64,000 nucleotides of DNA, taken from positions 51,894,001 to 51,958,000 of the forward strand of contig OZ286460.1 in the NCBI GenBank assembly GCA_965644265.1, given 5' to 3'. Below, piece after piece: positions 1 through 14,050 of this stretch (positions are counted from its first letter, which is position 1; each line of letters opens with the position of its first letter). This DNA is from Glycera tridactyla. Its lineage: Eukaryota. A model generated the notes under the pieces. It saw nothing but the letters and a program-made list of their open reading frames with translations. It did not search any database and was not told the DNA's origin. The position numbers and the translations under genes were made by a program.

Positions 1-3000
1 TCTTTCTCTTTCTTTGTCTAGTTAGGATGTTTAGATGCTTGTGATCATTGGTGCCTTTTTGTGAGCATATTTATTTGGCTGTAGACATATCAGTGGGTGG
101 ACATCAAGCCTAGATCTGCAATCGTATGCTTCACTGTCTACAAACATGATCTGTTTGTCCTGGGGACCTCACTGTGTTCATGCCACCCATGCTGCTGTTC
201 TTCTCATTGTCGCTGCAGCTGTTTGTCAGTGGCACACCGAGTACAGGTGATTGTGATACTGTGGAACCTGCAACAAGAGACTACCCCAAATGTCACCAGA
301 AAGTAGTCTCTCAAGAGGAGTGGTCTCATTGGGGGGTATGTCAAATAAAAAAGCCGCCCAGTGAAAACTGCCTCCAGTCCGAGATGGTCTCTGGTCAAGG
401 GTCCTCTTCAGTATAGGTATTATCGCTTTGATGTCTGAAGGCATTCATTGAATTAGAGCTATGACAGTCCGCTATGTTCAGTGGCTTTATATTATTTTCT
501 AATACGGCAGATTATGAACGTCTCATACTGCTGAAAGGGTTGATAAAAACAGACTAGTTGTAGCCTTATCAGCATTTGACAAGCATTCACAATGGAGATG
601 TAATATGGCACAAACCATTCTCTAAACTTGATAGCCTGGTTTCCACTCAGTGCTCCTGCCAGTGTGGAGGAGAGCAAGATGCTACATACGGGTAATCAGA
701 GTTGGACCAGTGATGACGATCCAACTTTCAACCTCAATATGAATAGCAAGCTGGATGCACATGTTCTGCTCACCCTTGTCTGATTTGTTCCCATTTGTCT
801 CAATCAAAATGGATGAATGGACTTTATCATTCGGGACAGTATTGACTACAATATTCATCAATGATTCTGTTTCATACTGCAAGAGGCTCGTATGAAAGCA
901 ATGAAAATTTAATACGAGTGAACTTGAATCTTGGTGTTAGTGCTAATTGCAGCTTCAAAATTACTTACACAAGTTGATTTCCTCTTCGTGCAAACTGATA
1001 ACGAAACACAGTTAAAAGACCCCTGTAACCCATGAACGAGACATATCATGCAGCATTCCATGAAATGATGGGTCTTCTCCTGTTTATCAATGGCTGATAT
1101 GGACAGAAAAGCTGGGCTACTTGGCCCATGTTAGAAGATATTGATGGGACGAAAAGAGGGCCAGGGGCTCGGGCCCACCAACAATCTGAAGCTCTGAAGG
1201 TGATGCGAGCAACAACTTTGGGAAGCAAGACTGAGGTCATAATTGTGAATGTACCTTTTTTGTATCCAAGATGGATCTCATTTTGAGGCTGCATATTGAG
1301 CACATTGTTGTGAGGCATCAGAAACTGCTTTTTTTTTCAACCACTTGTGGGACCAGTTTAAATGACTGCTGATGCAAACTCAGGAAGTTTGCGTGTGCTT
1401 CGTTTGACATGTGTTCAATTCTTTCAAGTGGGTCAGCTGTAATATATCAGCCCGGCAATGCTCTAATGGTGTTGCCGTCACAGGTGACAGGTTTGAGTAT
1501 ATGTCTTATTTTGAATGTGATGGGTTCTTTACGTTGGCCACCATGTCCACCCAGTTGACGGTCTTGTAGCTCTTCTCTTCTGCATGCCTGTGATTGATGT
1601 CATATCCCAGTCTTGTTGCTTGAGAATCTCACTGTATTGTCAAGCAATTTGTGTGAGAGTAGGAACAGAGATGCTTTATATGTGCTGTGTAGAATACAAC
1701 ATCAATTAAGTCCTGTGGTAAAACTCAGGCTGATGAGAGATGGTCTTATGAAGAGATGGAGTGTTGTGCCAAATGGAAGCACTGCCCACAGTAGCATCAG
1801 TCGAGAAGGGACCAGGCATTTTGATTGTCTTTCATGCATTCGGGTGTGAAGTGCTTGATGCTGGTACCCAATGAATGTTCGCGCTACCGATACAGCAGCA
1901 CCACTAGTTGCTGCCCTTGCCTTCGAATGGAACAACTCCAGTTCACTCTCTTTCATCCCTAATATCTGCGATCTCATACAAATGTGTTTTTTTCTCTGCG
2001 GTTGGTTTCATGGTATATATGATCTGTAAGATAAGTATATTCTTCCCTGAAGCCTACTTTGATATTTTGTATGCATTTATACTCATATCGTCTTGTAAGT
2101 CACTTGTACACATTGTTTCCTTTCGACCCATCATCCTCGTCGAAGGATGGATGCATTTTGCCGATATTGGCGTTCATATATGTGTAAGCTGCTGAAGCGA
2201 TGACATGCCCCCTATGACCACATGGAAGCAGGCCGCTTAGCTATCCCAAAATTGAATTCCCGTTCTCATGATTTAGCCGACTCACAATTTGCCTGATTAC
2301 AATGCTAGATTTCCAGTCAGTGAACGTTCAGCATAATATTTCAGTTGATTCATGTCTAATACTTGCCTTGCAATTATGAATGAGCCCACCATATTTTGTA
2401 TCCTCTGACTGCAAACATTTTGTCACACAATGTAACAGATGTCAAATAACGCATGAATGTAGTTCCCCTTTTTAATTGGTCGAACAAGGCCACATCACCC
2501 ATTTTTGTCAATACAATCAAACCTACAGAAAGAGATCACTCTATTGTCACCAGTGATGCTATCTCAAAAGACGATTTCCTTCCCTTCAATTTCCATCCAA
2601 AGGTCAAAGGTTTCTCAGCAGTTCGGACTGAGATGATGTGAATGCATTTAGAAGGCCAGACCACAATGATTTGATATTTGAAAGTGATGGCAAATCTGTA
2701 GCAAGCTGTTTACCCATCTTCACTATTATCTTGAAATGTATTTAGCTCAAAGTTTGATGCGAGCCACTCTCAGCCCTGATAAATGGACTGTGTTAGTGGA
2801 CAGTTTATCTTGGGAATGATAGGAAGGATAGGAAATAAATTCATATTGGGCTATTATCATTGACACAACTCTGCAAAATGATCAGCTTGGCAGATTAATG
2901 CCATAGATCAGGCATTCTGTCCATCAAGTTGACAATTTTACATTGTTTCGACTTTGCGTTCTACCAGATAAGTATATTATAAGTCAGTATCTATTCACAA

Positions 3001-6000
3001 TATCTGCTTATCGGCACACATCATGGAACCAAAGTCAGCTTCGGATGCAAGTCAAATATCCAAACCCATTATTCAAGTTTCAAGTGACATCTAAATGAAG
3101 TGAAGAAAATAATTGTGTGGCAATCTTCAGTGTGCATTATCCACAGCTGGATCTAGGTTTATACATGCCGTTAAAACTCAAACAAACAAAGAAACTGGTT
3201 CAGGGTTGTATTTGGCAGCTGGTTTTTGCAGAGAATGAATACCTTTCAAATGATACATATGCTGAATTGTTTGATCCTCAAATTATCTCTTAATACTATT
3301 GCTGTGGGGATAAGATGCTATTGACAGGATGACCGCTGCACAGATTTCACGTCGGGTTGAGTTGTAACTATAACTCTGTTGCATGAGATGAGAATCCCAG
3401 AAAAGTATGGATGTAAGAAAGTAGCACCAGAAGTGGCTTTGTGAGAAGGATGGTCTCTTGATCTTGGTGGTCTTTCAATGCAGTTTGTATTGTAGGTAGT
3501 TCTTGCCTTGCAACTGATCACCTGATTATTGTAGTGTCGGACAGTTTATGATAAAAAGAGGGACTGACCATCTGAAGCAGTGTCAGAGACTCAGAGGGGA
3601 AAGTATCATTGCCCCAGTAGCATTGGTGTAGGGATTTCATCAGCCCAGATGCCAATGTTCTAAAACCTTGGACTCTTTTATTTTCTTCGCAGCAAAGCTA
3701 TTTCTGAAGGAACCACTGAGTTCAAGATCTGCATTTGAAGCATGGCTTGACTCCCCCCCCCCCCCCCCCCCCCTCAAATGCACACACACACAGCGCCAAA
3801 CCGTCAAATCCACCAGTTCAGCGCCAGTTGCATTCTTCTGCACTTGTGCTACACCAGGAGTAGTCCAGAATATGTATCAACCTGGAGACTTAACACTCCC
3901 ATGAATTTCACCCTCAATGATCAGCTTTATAGATGTTTGTCACACTTTATGCTTCTTGAAGCGTCCAGTAGTTTGTGGTTGCACACGGGTTCCAATGATA
4001 GAATTTTGCCAAGTGACTTGTAAACCAGGGTAGAACATGATTTTTTTCCTCAGCTCCTTTTGTGCAGGATATGTATTGACTGCATTTCGCTCTATTGTCC
4101 TTTGTGATGAATTTTGTACCATGAATGGGGAGTGATTGTTGATCTCTGCACAGAAGTGGTTGTGTGGCATGATCGTATTTCAGAATACTTGTGAACATGT
4201 CAATTTTGCCTGCTTGGTTCCTGATGTTTTGTTTACTATGTCGACCACGTACAGTGGCAGTCCTAGTTCATTTGATAGCTGCATCCCAGAGGAATTATTT
4301 CACTCCACTGTAAGTGCACTCATACATGCTGTAAGTGTTCTCAATTGTCATGATTATCTTATATTGAGTGCAGCTACGTCCTAGTGAAACACTCCCTCCC
4401 TTGCTGTGGGATTACCGGTGATTGACATATCCATGTTAGATCTGATAATCCTGACAAAGGAACTGCCCTGACCACCTTGAATGGAGATGGCAGTATTTCT
4501 GCTTCTTTCTGTAGGAATGTAGATTCTCCCTGTTTATACTATAATATTGGCTTGCCCGAAATATGGAATGAATGTAAACCATGAGGTGCCACTTCACAGA
4601 CCAGTGTAGCAATCCAAGTCCACCAAACTGATATGCAGTGTACTGATATTGTAGTATTCTCACTCATTACCCATGTATCTTCTCATTTGCATGCAGACCA
4701 GTTCAGTTATAGGGGCCAGACCTGTCCAACATATGTGAAATTTGTATCCTGCCAGATATTTTTGTTGCTTTTTTGTACCTACTTGCAGCCTCTGCACCCG
4801 ATCTTTTTATCAGCTATAGCAAGGCTTTTGCAAGCAATGCTGTGAGATATTTATTTTATAGACAGTGTTTTAGTACTCGAGAGTAGTATGTTTTACCTTC
4901 AGAATTCCAGTATTCCATAGGGAGTTTTAGATACTGTTTTAGGAGATTTCTTCATTTTACTGTATATATAAACTGTGACTGGTAGAGAACTGGCTACAGA
5001 AAATGAAGTTTTGTGTTTGATGGAGTCGTGTTGGGAGGGAGGGATGAAATGGGGAAAAATGGGGCTTAGATCACAATGTGATGTTAACTGTCACAATATC
5101 CTGAATCTTGTCCTCCCATGCTTATTTGGTATATAGACAGTGTATATGTCATCATATATACATGTATATATGTATATGGATATTTAATACGTGGCTAAAG
5201 TGACGGTCACCACCTACCTCAATATGATTGGTGGATTCTAGTATTCTTGTCAGAGTTGGATATATAGATGTTCAGAAGGGTAGTGTGACGACATGGTCTT
5301 CAGCATTGTGTTGGGTGCAGCGGTTGGTTTTTGCTGGTATAAATATGATAGTCAATGCAGTTCTAATCTCTGCTAATCACGTGTTATCCCAAATATTTGT
5401 TTGGGGGTGAGATCAAATTCAGTATGAATGTTGAAAGTTGCCGGTGAAAACACCTATGCTGAGATTTGTCTTATGGTTATCGCTTCATCTTCTCACAATG
5501 GGCCGACCCTCTGCTGGTGATTCTGAATTTGACTAGTTAGGGAAACACATAAAGTCATTCATGTGAGGGCTTCTTTCTCAGATATGTTGATAATTTGGCA
5601 GGGTATTCCACGAGCAGGCACAGTATTGATACTTTCCCCATTGTTATTGACTGATCTGGTTCAGATTGACCCATGGACTGTAATAATTCCTAGGTCTGAA
5701 AGATCTCATGACTCTGAATTTGAGCTATAAAATGTCTATTGTGGTTAGAGAGAATGAGCCTATGGGTATTGAATAAAATCACAGTATCCCTCTAGTCAGG
5801 ATTGCTGTGGGAAATCCAGCTGAAAAACGGATTTATTTCTGAGTTGGAGATAGGCATTTTTGTTTGACAATTATGAACAATTCATGCAATGCTGTCTAGT
5901 AATAAAGATCTCAGCTGATAATGGATCATGTCACTAAGAGGATGGTTTCTTTTTAAAATTCTAGCCTTTCCAAATTGTTGGTAGCCATGCTTGCTTTCTG

Positions 6001-9000
6001 TGGTGCCCTGAGAGTCAGCGGCATGCGATTTTGTGCAGACCACTACTTTTGATGGAGTCAGCCATGTGTCAGTGAGCAGGATAGGGGATCAGACTGTTTT
6101 GTATACTTTTGTATCAGTGATCATGATAAACATGAATATATGCCCAACTGATATAGTTATATGAGATGTACTGAACAGTGAGGAAAGGGTGGTACTGATT
6201 GGGGAAGGGGGTGTGGCGTGTTAACTCTAGGTTCTTTTGTCAACCTTGTTACTTCACTTGTAATATGTGAAATCTGGGTTGCCGAGACCTCCCCCTATGT
6301 CAATCAATTTCTTGAGTGGCTAATGACTTTTTGTTGGTTTGACATTCAGCTGGCTATAAGTACTTCAATGGAGTCAGCGAGTCCAGATGGATTTGGGTGA
6401 TATCTTGTGATGCCTATCCCTGATATCAGATCAGTATGTTAGCATTGTAAATCAAGTATTCTTCGATGTGCACAGCCCGGGCACAATCGATGCACATTAC
6501 AGAACCATAATTCAAATCTGTGAGGTGTTGGTATATTTCTCAGAGCTACAGTTATGAGAAAGTTGAGTTTGCTGCAGGGAATGGCAATGATTTACATGAA
6601 TTTTGATAGGTCTCAGCTAGCTTCAATTGTTGAATTGGAATCATTGATAAGACACTCCACAATCTTGAGGTCGTCCTCGCTATTTCTCTTTTGTACTCAG
6701 GAGCAGTCATGAAATTGTAGTAGATGGCATCTGCATTTACCCGGTGATGTATCAGGTTCGGGAGAATAATAATCACCTGCCCCCAGCTGTTGTTGAACTA
6801 AATGGTGGTGATTGCTTTTTTCTTCTTAGCTCGAGTTGTCATCATAAACGTCAGGGATATCTGTCCAATCATTGGAATTAATTGATCGATCAAATTCACA
6901 ACTGATTCATTGATGATTTGATCCATTTCAAACATGAGTGGAGATTTGTTCATATTCAATGATGTACAAGTTGGATTCAGGGGCCTGATTTGCTTATAGG
7001 CTGATGAACTAGAAAATGAGACAGTTGTCTCGGCGGTGGTTTTCTATCAAGCCATCACTATTGAGAGTGTGTACAATAATGTGGAGAGCTTCTGCACCAT
7101 AGTGGATGAATAAATGTATGGTATTTCGATAGACATTGATATAAAAAAGGGAGCTTTGCCTCCACTCTGTCATCAGCTTACCATGAAATTATCCTTCAGT
7201 TTCTGTGTATTCTTCACTCAAAGGAGAAAAGAATCTGTCGTATCTGAGGATTATGGAGAGTTGTTACTTGTGCAGGTACATGAAGTAAACTTGTTCCGAG
7301 CATGTTATTGAAATGCAGTGTTCAGAGCAAGATTTTGCTTTATAACGGGTAGTCATATTTCAAGAATACAAGAGTATGGATCTGGCTAAGAACAAGATTG
7401 ACTGTACTATTTTCTGATGCATATCGTTTCATCTCATTTTTTGGCTGGTTCATTGTGATTTTTGAAATAATGATGTCAGATCATGCCATTACAATGGAGG
7501 GATGAATGAATTTGAAACTAATCACTTGATTGAATTGTTCACCCTGAGTCATCATGCCTTTATAGATTGTTACAAGCTTGGATGGTGCACGGGGGATATC
7601 CCCATGAATAAAGCCTGGATATTGTAACTTCATCCTGATATGTAAATTTGAATGAAACTAATCATGGTGATGTTCTAGTGTAATATTTTTGTTCTTTATG
7701 TTCTGTTTTGTATTCTGGGTTGATGTAGCAGCCCTGAGTACACAGTGATCATGGAGCGACCAAGGTCTAGATTCATGCCCGCAGCAGATGCAACATTACT
7801 GCACTGCTGCCGGAATGTATCTCCAAAGCTGACGTCACTGTATTTCTATATCTGTCCTACCTTTGTAAATCAAACTGCATAGAGTGTCTCGTTTCATAGG
7901 CCATTCATCGCTGTGCATGTGGATACATGATAGACTTAGTAGGTGTGATTGGTTTTAATAAGCAGACAATGATAATTATTGCAATGTACAGAAATGATGA
8001 TGTTGTTTCTTAACTTTGTGATATGCTAACAAGAAAGAGATGGGCACTCGTGTAAAGCCAAGTGCCCTGTCTCCGTATCCCAGTGGTTGATAGTAGCGAG
8101 ATATGTCTATTTTATACTCACCAAAGAATTCATGTGGTATGCCCATTATATCTCCCATTTAGTGGGACTTTTCGAGATTGTCATGCTGTTTCCATATTTT
8201 CAACTCACCTGTTCATCTAATATTAAATCTATTAAAACATTACTTAACTCCTCGCATCTGACAGCAACAAATTTCTCATAGCATGCTCTCATTGATTTTT
8301 CTCCCATCGTGTTGGTAGATCAGAGTCAGTCCAACTGTTACTTTATACATTTATCTGTGATCTATGCCAAGATTTTGGGACCCAAATCACCAAAGTCAGA
8401 CCTACTACAAGATTCCTCTTAAAGCAGAATGTATGCTAGCATTTTCTATGAGAAAATGCCCTATTTGTTATATAATAAACGTCTTGTTGAAATGTTACAG
8501 TAATCAGATATTAGATCAGGATTGTTGAAACTGTGTGTCTCGAGATGTTTGGGAGCTCATGCTGGACCTTGGTCAGATACACACAGTCTGAGGAGCCGAT
8601 CACTGTCAACTTCTCATTGATACTACTACAGCATATGCACCACGGTAAAGCTTGGAAGATGTGCTCTCGAAAGCTTATTGATTGTGTGCTACAGGATGCT
8701 TAACTCATTTACGCACACATAGTCTATACTTTGGTCATCTACTTTCACAAGCACATTGTCTAACCGACTACTGTAGCGAGCCATAATCGTACCTACCATG
8801 ACAGGACCAGGGAGATTTTGCAGAGATCATGCAGTGGTAATACTGTAGGGAAGAAAAGTGTTAGGGGTCTTGTACAAGTGTTTATAATGCCCAGTTTCAT
8901 GCCAGCAGTGGGTCATACATTGACCAATTGTAGTCTAGTCAGGGAGGGATGAGATCATTGCATCCGTCTTTACATATCTACATTCAACTTGAACCTACCA

Positions 9001-10010
9001 TAATCTCCTCACCATTTAGAGTCGGACTGGGTGCACTGGGCCGCAGTCGGTTTCTGAAAATATCCGACAAGTCATGGTTCCATCTGGTAATCAGTGAAAC
9101 CGGCAGTGGGTTGTGATCTATGATTTCATGTATAGGTAATTGAATAAGGGAAGAGGGGATTTGTGCTAAAGTTGTGATTTGGGAGGTGCTGTAATCTGAA
9201 ATTTCAGACCAGCTACTCCGTAAAATATATGTGAAATCATATTGCAGTTCAGTGGTCTTATTCCATTCCTTTGTGTTATAAGCTTGTCTCAAATTGAGAA
9301 TAACTGTTTCATATTACTAAGATTCTCTGATGAACATTAGTAACTATGGATATCTACTAGGGATTTGAGTGCCCATTCATCTTAGCTTTGTGGCCTCGAA
9401 TAAATGGTCAAAATTTCACCTAGGAGATTATGGTTCGATGCCTTAACAATGGTTCAAAGCACACACATTGGTCAGCTTATGCACTGCACCCAATAGATCA
9501 TCTCTCTGGCTTGAATTAAGCCTACATGAAGCACAAAAATGGGCTACATGCTTCCAGTAGCCTTGGCTAACAGCATCAGGGAGTGTATCCTCCAACTGAT
9601 GGTGTATTCAACCTTCTAAGGGAAATGTCCCTGATTATATATTAAATGTCAAAAGCAGACTAGGCATTTGTTATTGGGAGTGAATCCAAAGCTAACGTAT
9701 CTTGACTTGGGTGTCAATTGTGTAGACAATGTGACTTGAATTTAATGAAACTGGCCAGCAACTGTGTGCAGAAACCCACTCGAATAGACTGTAAATTGAG
9801 TGACTGAAAGCTGGACATTCTGTTGCATGTATAACTGTTGTAAACCGAAGGATATATTCTGTAAAATAAAGGAGCAATTATTAAGTACCTGTAAGAGCTT
9901 GTTTGTTTTCCTTGTCTTGAGTAATTTGCAGACTTGCCCTGGAAAGAAAAGATGCTTCCAGCTGGTTGGATAGATTTGCAGCATGTAAATTGGCTGATTG
10001 TTTGCCAGTA

Positions 10011-10188
10011 CAGTGAAACCTGTCTTGGGAGACCCCTCTTTTGGGAGACCACCCTCTAATGGGAGACCGCTCTTCATCAGCTCTTTTCTTTTTAACATAG
10101 TCAAATATACCTCCCATGAGAGACCACCTGTCTTGAGAGACCGCTTTTCGTTGGCGTTTGGGGTGGTCTCTCAAGACAAGTTCTACTG
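10011..10188. mobile_element. MITE with CAGT...ACTG termini and TA TSD (Tc1/mariner/pogo-type)
   Basis: TA|cagtgaaacctgtcttgggagacc ... ggtctctcaagacaagttctactg|TA; internal gagacc repeats. Confidence 0.85.
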
Positions 10189-10604
10189 TAGCTATTGTCA
10201 TAATGCACAAAGTAGATACCTCCCGTGCCATACCATTGGATCTCATCAGATGGCAGCCACTAATGGATATGCGGCTTTTTTGTTGCTATAGGGATAATGA
10301 AAACTCCGTGTAGCATTGTCACCGATCTGCTTAGTAGTTTCGGGCGTCAGAAGAGAATCTAGTTGGGCAGATTCTGCCATCTGTCATTAGCCATATCGTA
10401 TTCAAGTGGCGTTATCATGGTGTGAACGAGGAATAACACGCCAAGTGTCTGTGACTTTCATAAATCTTCTCTCCGTTGAGCACAAAGAGGAAATCCAATA
10501 ATCCACCCATGCCTATTGTATGGTGGCCTCAATATAGCCCAGATGCTCCTGGGGTGTGGAACAACCTATTGAGCAGTCAACTGCCTATTCAACCGGAAGG
10601 TGAA

Positions 10605-10750
10605 AATTTATGAAATTCACGGACACTCGAGAAACCATTTGGGACCCAGAAGGAGGAGTCTTGGAAGATCCCTTGCATGCCCATTGCTTGGGCGTCGCAA
10701 TATAGCCCAGATGGTGTTGACGTGACGTTAAACCAGAACCAACAAGCCTA
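10605..10750 (+). mobile_element. Second SINE-like family (other copies at ~10830-10960, 31470-31625, 43697-43790, 55235-55345, 63655-63785)
   Basis: Shared core cccagaaggaggagtcttggaagatccc..atgcccattgc..gggcgtc.caatatagc, ending in gttaaaccagaacc(aacc)n. Confidence 0.7.
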
Positions 10751-11789
10751 TGCAACCCCAATCAGCCCTACGCTAATCCTGTGAAATGAACTTCCACGTA
10801 TGACTGAAATGACACCTTGAGTGTGAAGTTCATTAATGTTCGCCTTCTGTTGGGGACCCTGAATGAGGAGTCTTGGATTGGCCCACCCATGCCCCTTGTA
10901 TGGGCGCCACAATATAGCACAATTAGGAATGTGATGTCGAACCAGAACCAACCCTAACCATCTGCCATGTAGGTGAATGTTCGCTTGTTTCACTGGTGTT
11001 GCTATGCACGGGGCACAGCACTTCTGGCTATCTAGGCTGATGGAATTATCCTGCAAGCAGTAAAATCCCTAATGAGGCAGTCACTGGTCACAATATTCAT
11101 ATAGTCATCAACACACCTCCATTAGAGTTTAACTTCTAACATGAATGTGTACAGTGCTTGTTCTTCTAGTGGGATGCCCGTGGAAGAATGGGACCCATGT
11201 GCTTCTCCAGATGTGAGAGGCGACCAAGTGGGAAACCAGAAATGACATTCGTCAGCTTGTTTTGATTCGTCAGATTCATTATTTCGGATGGCATTCTCAT
11301 GAGTGGTTTGGGTAGGGGGGTGGGGGGATGAGGGAGCAGTTGTAGCAAACATATCCGTCTTGGGTCCAGGTACTGTGAATTATCTTTTACTGTTTGGCAA
11401 GTCTGTTTTGATAAAAATGCTACTGTAGTGATCCGTCAGGTGTTCCCTCAAGAACATTTTATTTAAGATCCTTATGACTACATCGCAACAGAGAGCTGCG
11501 TTTGAAAATCTAAACATTACTGACTCAGGTAAACTATCTATGCCATCATGTCCAGATCTGTGACTCTGGATGGTGTCATTATTCTTGAAATCGATTGTAA
11601 TCCTTGGATGAGTGAATTCCGTGAATTTTTATTTTCCTTTGGGGATCTGGGAGGAGTCTCGTGTGAATATCAACTCACTCTTGTGAACACATCTCGACAT
11701 AATTTTCCTTCTCAAAATCACTCATTTATCTACACTGAGAGCTACTTCACCTGGAAGAAGCAATACCCTCACCTGCCACTATATAATGG

Positions 11790-11975
11790 TCTGGTCTGAA
11801 CCATGACCTTTTGTACCCGCCTGCCTTCTGGATGTTGGATGAATTTGCCCTTCAACTGGAACGCGTCCCTCTGGTGGAACTGTGGAAAAGCTAGAGAAGG
11901 TACTGAGAAAAGCCCGTATTGTCCGGTCTGAACCATGACCTTTTGTACCCTCCTGCCTTCTGAATGTTGGCTGTG
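11790..11975. repeat. ~50-bp direct repeat, period ~132 bp
   Basis: ggtctgaaccatgaccttttgtaccc(g/t)cctgccttctg..tgttgg occurs twice. Confidence 0.85.
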
Positions 11976-12239
11976 TGTGGACTGATTGGATACTGGCTAG
12001 TACACGGGGAAGCACTACTGATTTGGCACTCGATGTTCCACCCACCTGTTCGTGTCCATCCCCTGGAATGGTGGAGACAGTTGAGGTGTTGAAGTGTATG
12101 TCCTCAGCTCCTGGAAATACATCATATCTTTCATCAATCCCACATCTACGAATTGGAAAGACTTTTACTGCAAGCATATGTGATAAATGATGTTTGTTTG
12201 ATAGAATACCAGAATAATAACATTTTTATTGAGGAACAC

Positions 12240-14050
12240 CTTTACCTAGATACATATAATGACTTTATTCCATGATTCAGATGAATGCCACCGCTATCAT
12301 TTTGTTTGAAACATTTCTTTATTCACAGTCATAGTGTTATCAAGGTCAGACCGACCCTGATTTCCATCCAGCCATGTATATATACAGCAAAAATATTTTG
12401 GGTTAGTATGTGCATGCCGTCATTAGGTCACCGTGGTATTGATCCTTGAGGCACACCCATTTTTACACTAGCCTCTTGAGATAATACACCATCTACTCTG
12501 GTGCTCTTGGATCTATCAGTGAGATATGATTCAAACCATTCCATCAAGCCTTCGGCAAATCCCATTTTAGACAGCTGCTCAACAGCATTTCCCTTATCAA
12601 TATTTCAATAAATATTATCCAACACTTCAAGTACGGCAGTGGTTGTTGAGTGGTGCCTTCTGAATCGAAACTGCTCTCTCTGTATGCCTTTGGATGTGAT
12701 GGCTAAAACTGATACAGGCCTGTAGTTTGTCTCTGCTTCCATAGATAGGATTTATGATTGCCTTTTTCTAGTCTGTAGGCAGTGCTAGTTTGTCTGGTAA
12801 GTTTTGTCTCCACCATTATAAATAGGACTGATGATTGCATTTTTCTAGTCTGTAGGCAGTGCTAGTTTGTCTGGTAGGTTTTGTCTCTGCTTCTATAAAT
12901 AGGACTGATGATTTCATTTTTTCAGTCTGTAGGCAGTGCTAGTTTGTCTGGTAGGTTTTGTCTCCGCTATTATAAATAGGACTGATGATTGCATTTTTCT
13001 AGTCTGTAGGCAGTGCTAGTTTTTTCTGTAGCTCTATTTATTGGCAACCTTTATTGATTGTAAAACAAATGCAGCAGACATCTTATCAAATTTCATTGTT
13101 TTTTCACCTGTGTAATTTTGGAGGGAGGATATTCTATGTCTGGTGATGCTATTTTTTGGCCTAACTTTAAGCCCATATCGCTGAATTCTGTGTTGATCTT
13201 ATCTGCTAGCGCGATTGGGTCCAGGTCAGTGTCTGTGGTTGGTATAACTGTATTTGTCGTGCATGTGGCATCATTCGTTTGGAATTTTCCATAGTTCCGA
13301 TAGATCTTTCGAGTTTTGAGGAAGTTGATCTCTCACATATTCTTTTTCAATCGTTCAGCTAATATGTTCGATTTATTGCCAAAGTATCTATATTTGATTT
13401 CAAATTCTTCCTTTCCTGTCCTCCTAGCCTTACGAAGTAATTCTTATCATGCCTATAACTCTTAAATTCGTCATTGGCCCATTCCTCGCCTTCAATATAC
13501 GGTGCACACTCATCAGCAATTGTCAAATTTTATTTCTAAAATAATTTCCATGCATTATCTAGGTCATCTGCTACTAAAACTTGTTTTCAATCTGTAGCCT
13601 CTAATTTTGCTTTTTACCCGAATGTGAGACTGAGGAAGATTGCATAAGTACTCTACGATTGGTCATCATTACATCTAAAGTATGACCAGAGTCATGAGTT
13701 GGTCCTGTGCTCAAGGTGTCTAGGTGGTTATCTCCATATTTTTTCCTGTTTGAATTTTTAGTGTTTGCGATATCAATATTCATATCTCCTGAATATAGTC
13801 TTTCGGGATTCTTATGTGTGTCTAGCAAAATATCATTCAATTCTGTCATTGTTGGGATGCATATATCTGCATACCCGTCAGGTAGTCTATAAGACATGGT
13901 CAGACACTTCACTAGGGCTCTGATTTCATCGATGTTGGACATAGCAATTCTAATATTCAAACAAACAATATTCAAACAAACAATATGAATACCCCCATTT
14001 ATTTCACATAAGGTTTCCAAATTTGGATCATTCATCAAGTGTGTGAACAA
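12240..14050 (-). mobile_element. Degenerate CR1/L2-group LINE ORF2 fragment (APE endonuclease + RT)
   Basis: Endonuclease motifs CLNIR, GDMNID and PTHDSGHTLD (13601-14050). RT motifs NYRPVSVLA (~12700-12730), EWFESYLTDR (~12510-12545) and GVPQGS (~12440-12460). Many stops. Confidence 0.8.
12725..13022. repeat. 77-bp tandem repeat, ~4 units, inside the LINE
   Basis: The unit core (c/t)(t/c)agtctgtaggcagtgctagttt recurs at 12768, 12845, 12922 and 12999. Confidence 0.9.

Noticed and set aside
6590-6630. 'DLSKF' as RdRp/RT motif A
   Set aside because: It overlaps, in another frame, the same bases as the motif-F-like ORF, is flanked by stops, and has no downstream catalytic motif.
12827-12990. 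CTGATGA in each 77-bp unit as a ribozyme core or snoRNA C box
   Set aside because: No stem II + GAAA and no D box/terminal stem; the sequence is antisense LINE ORF2.
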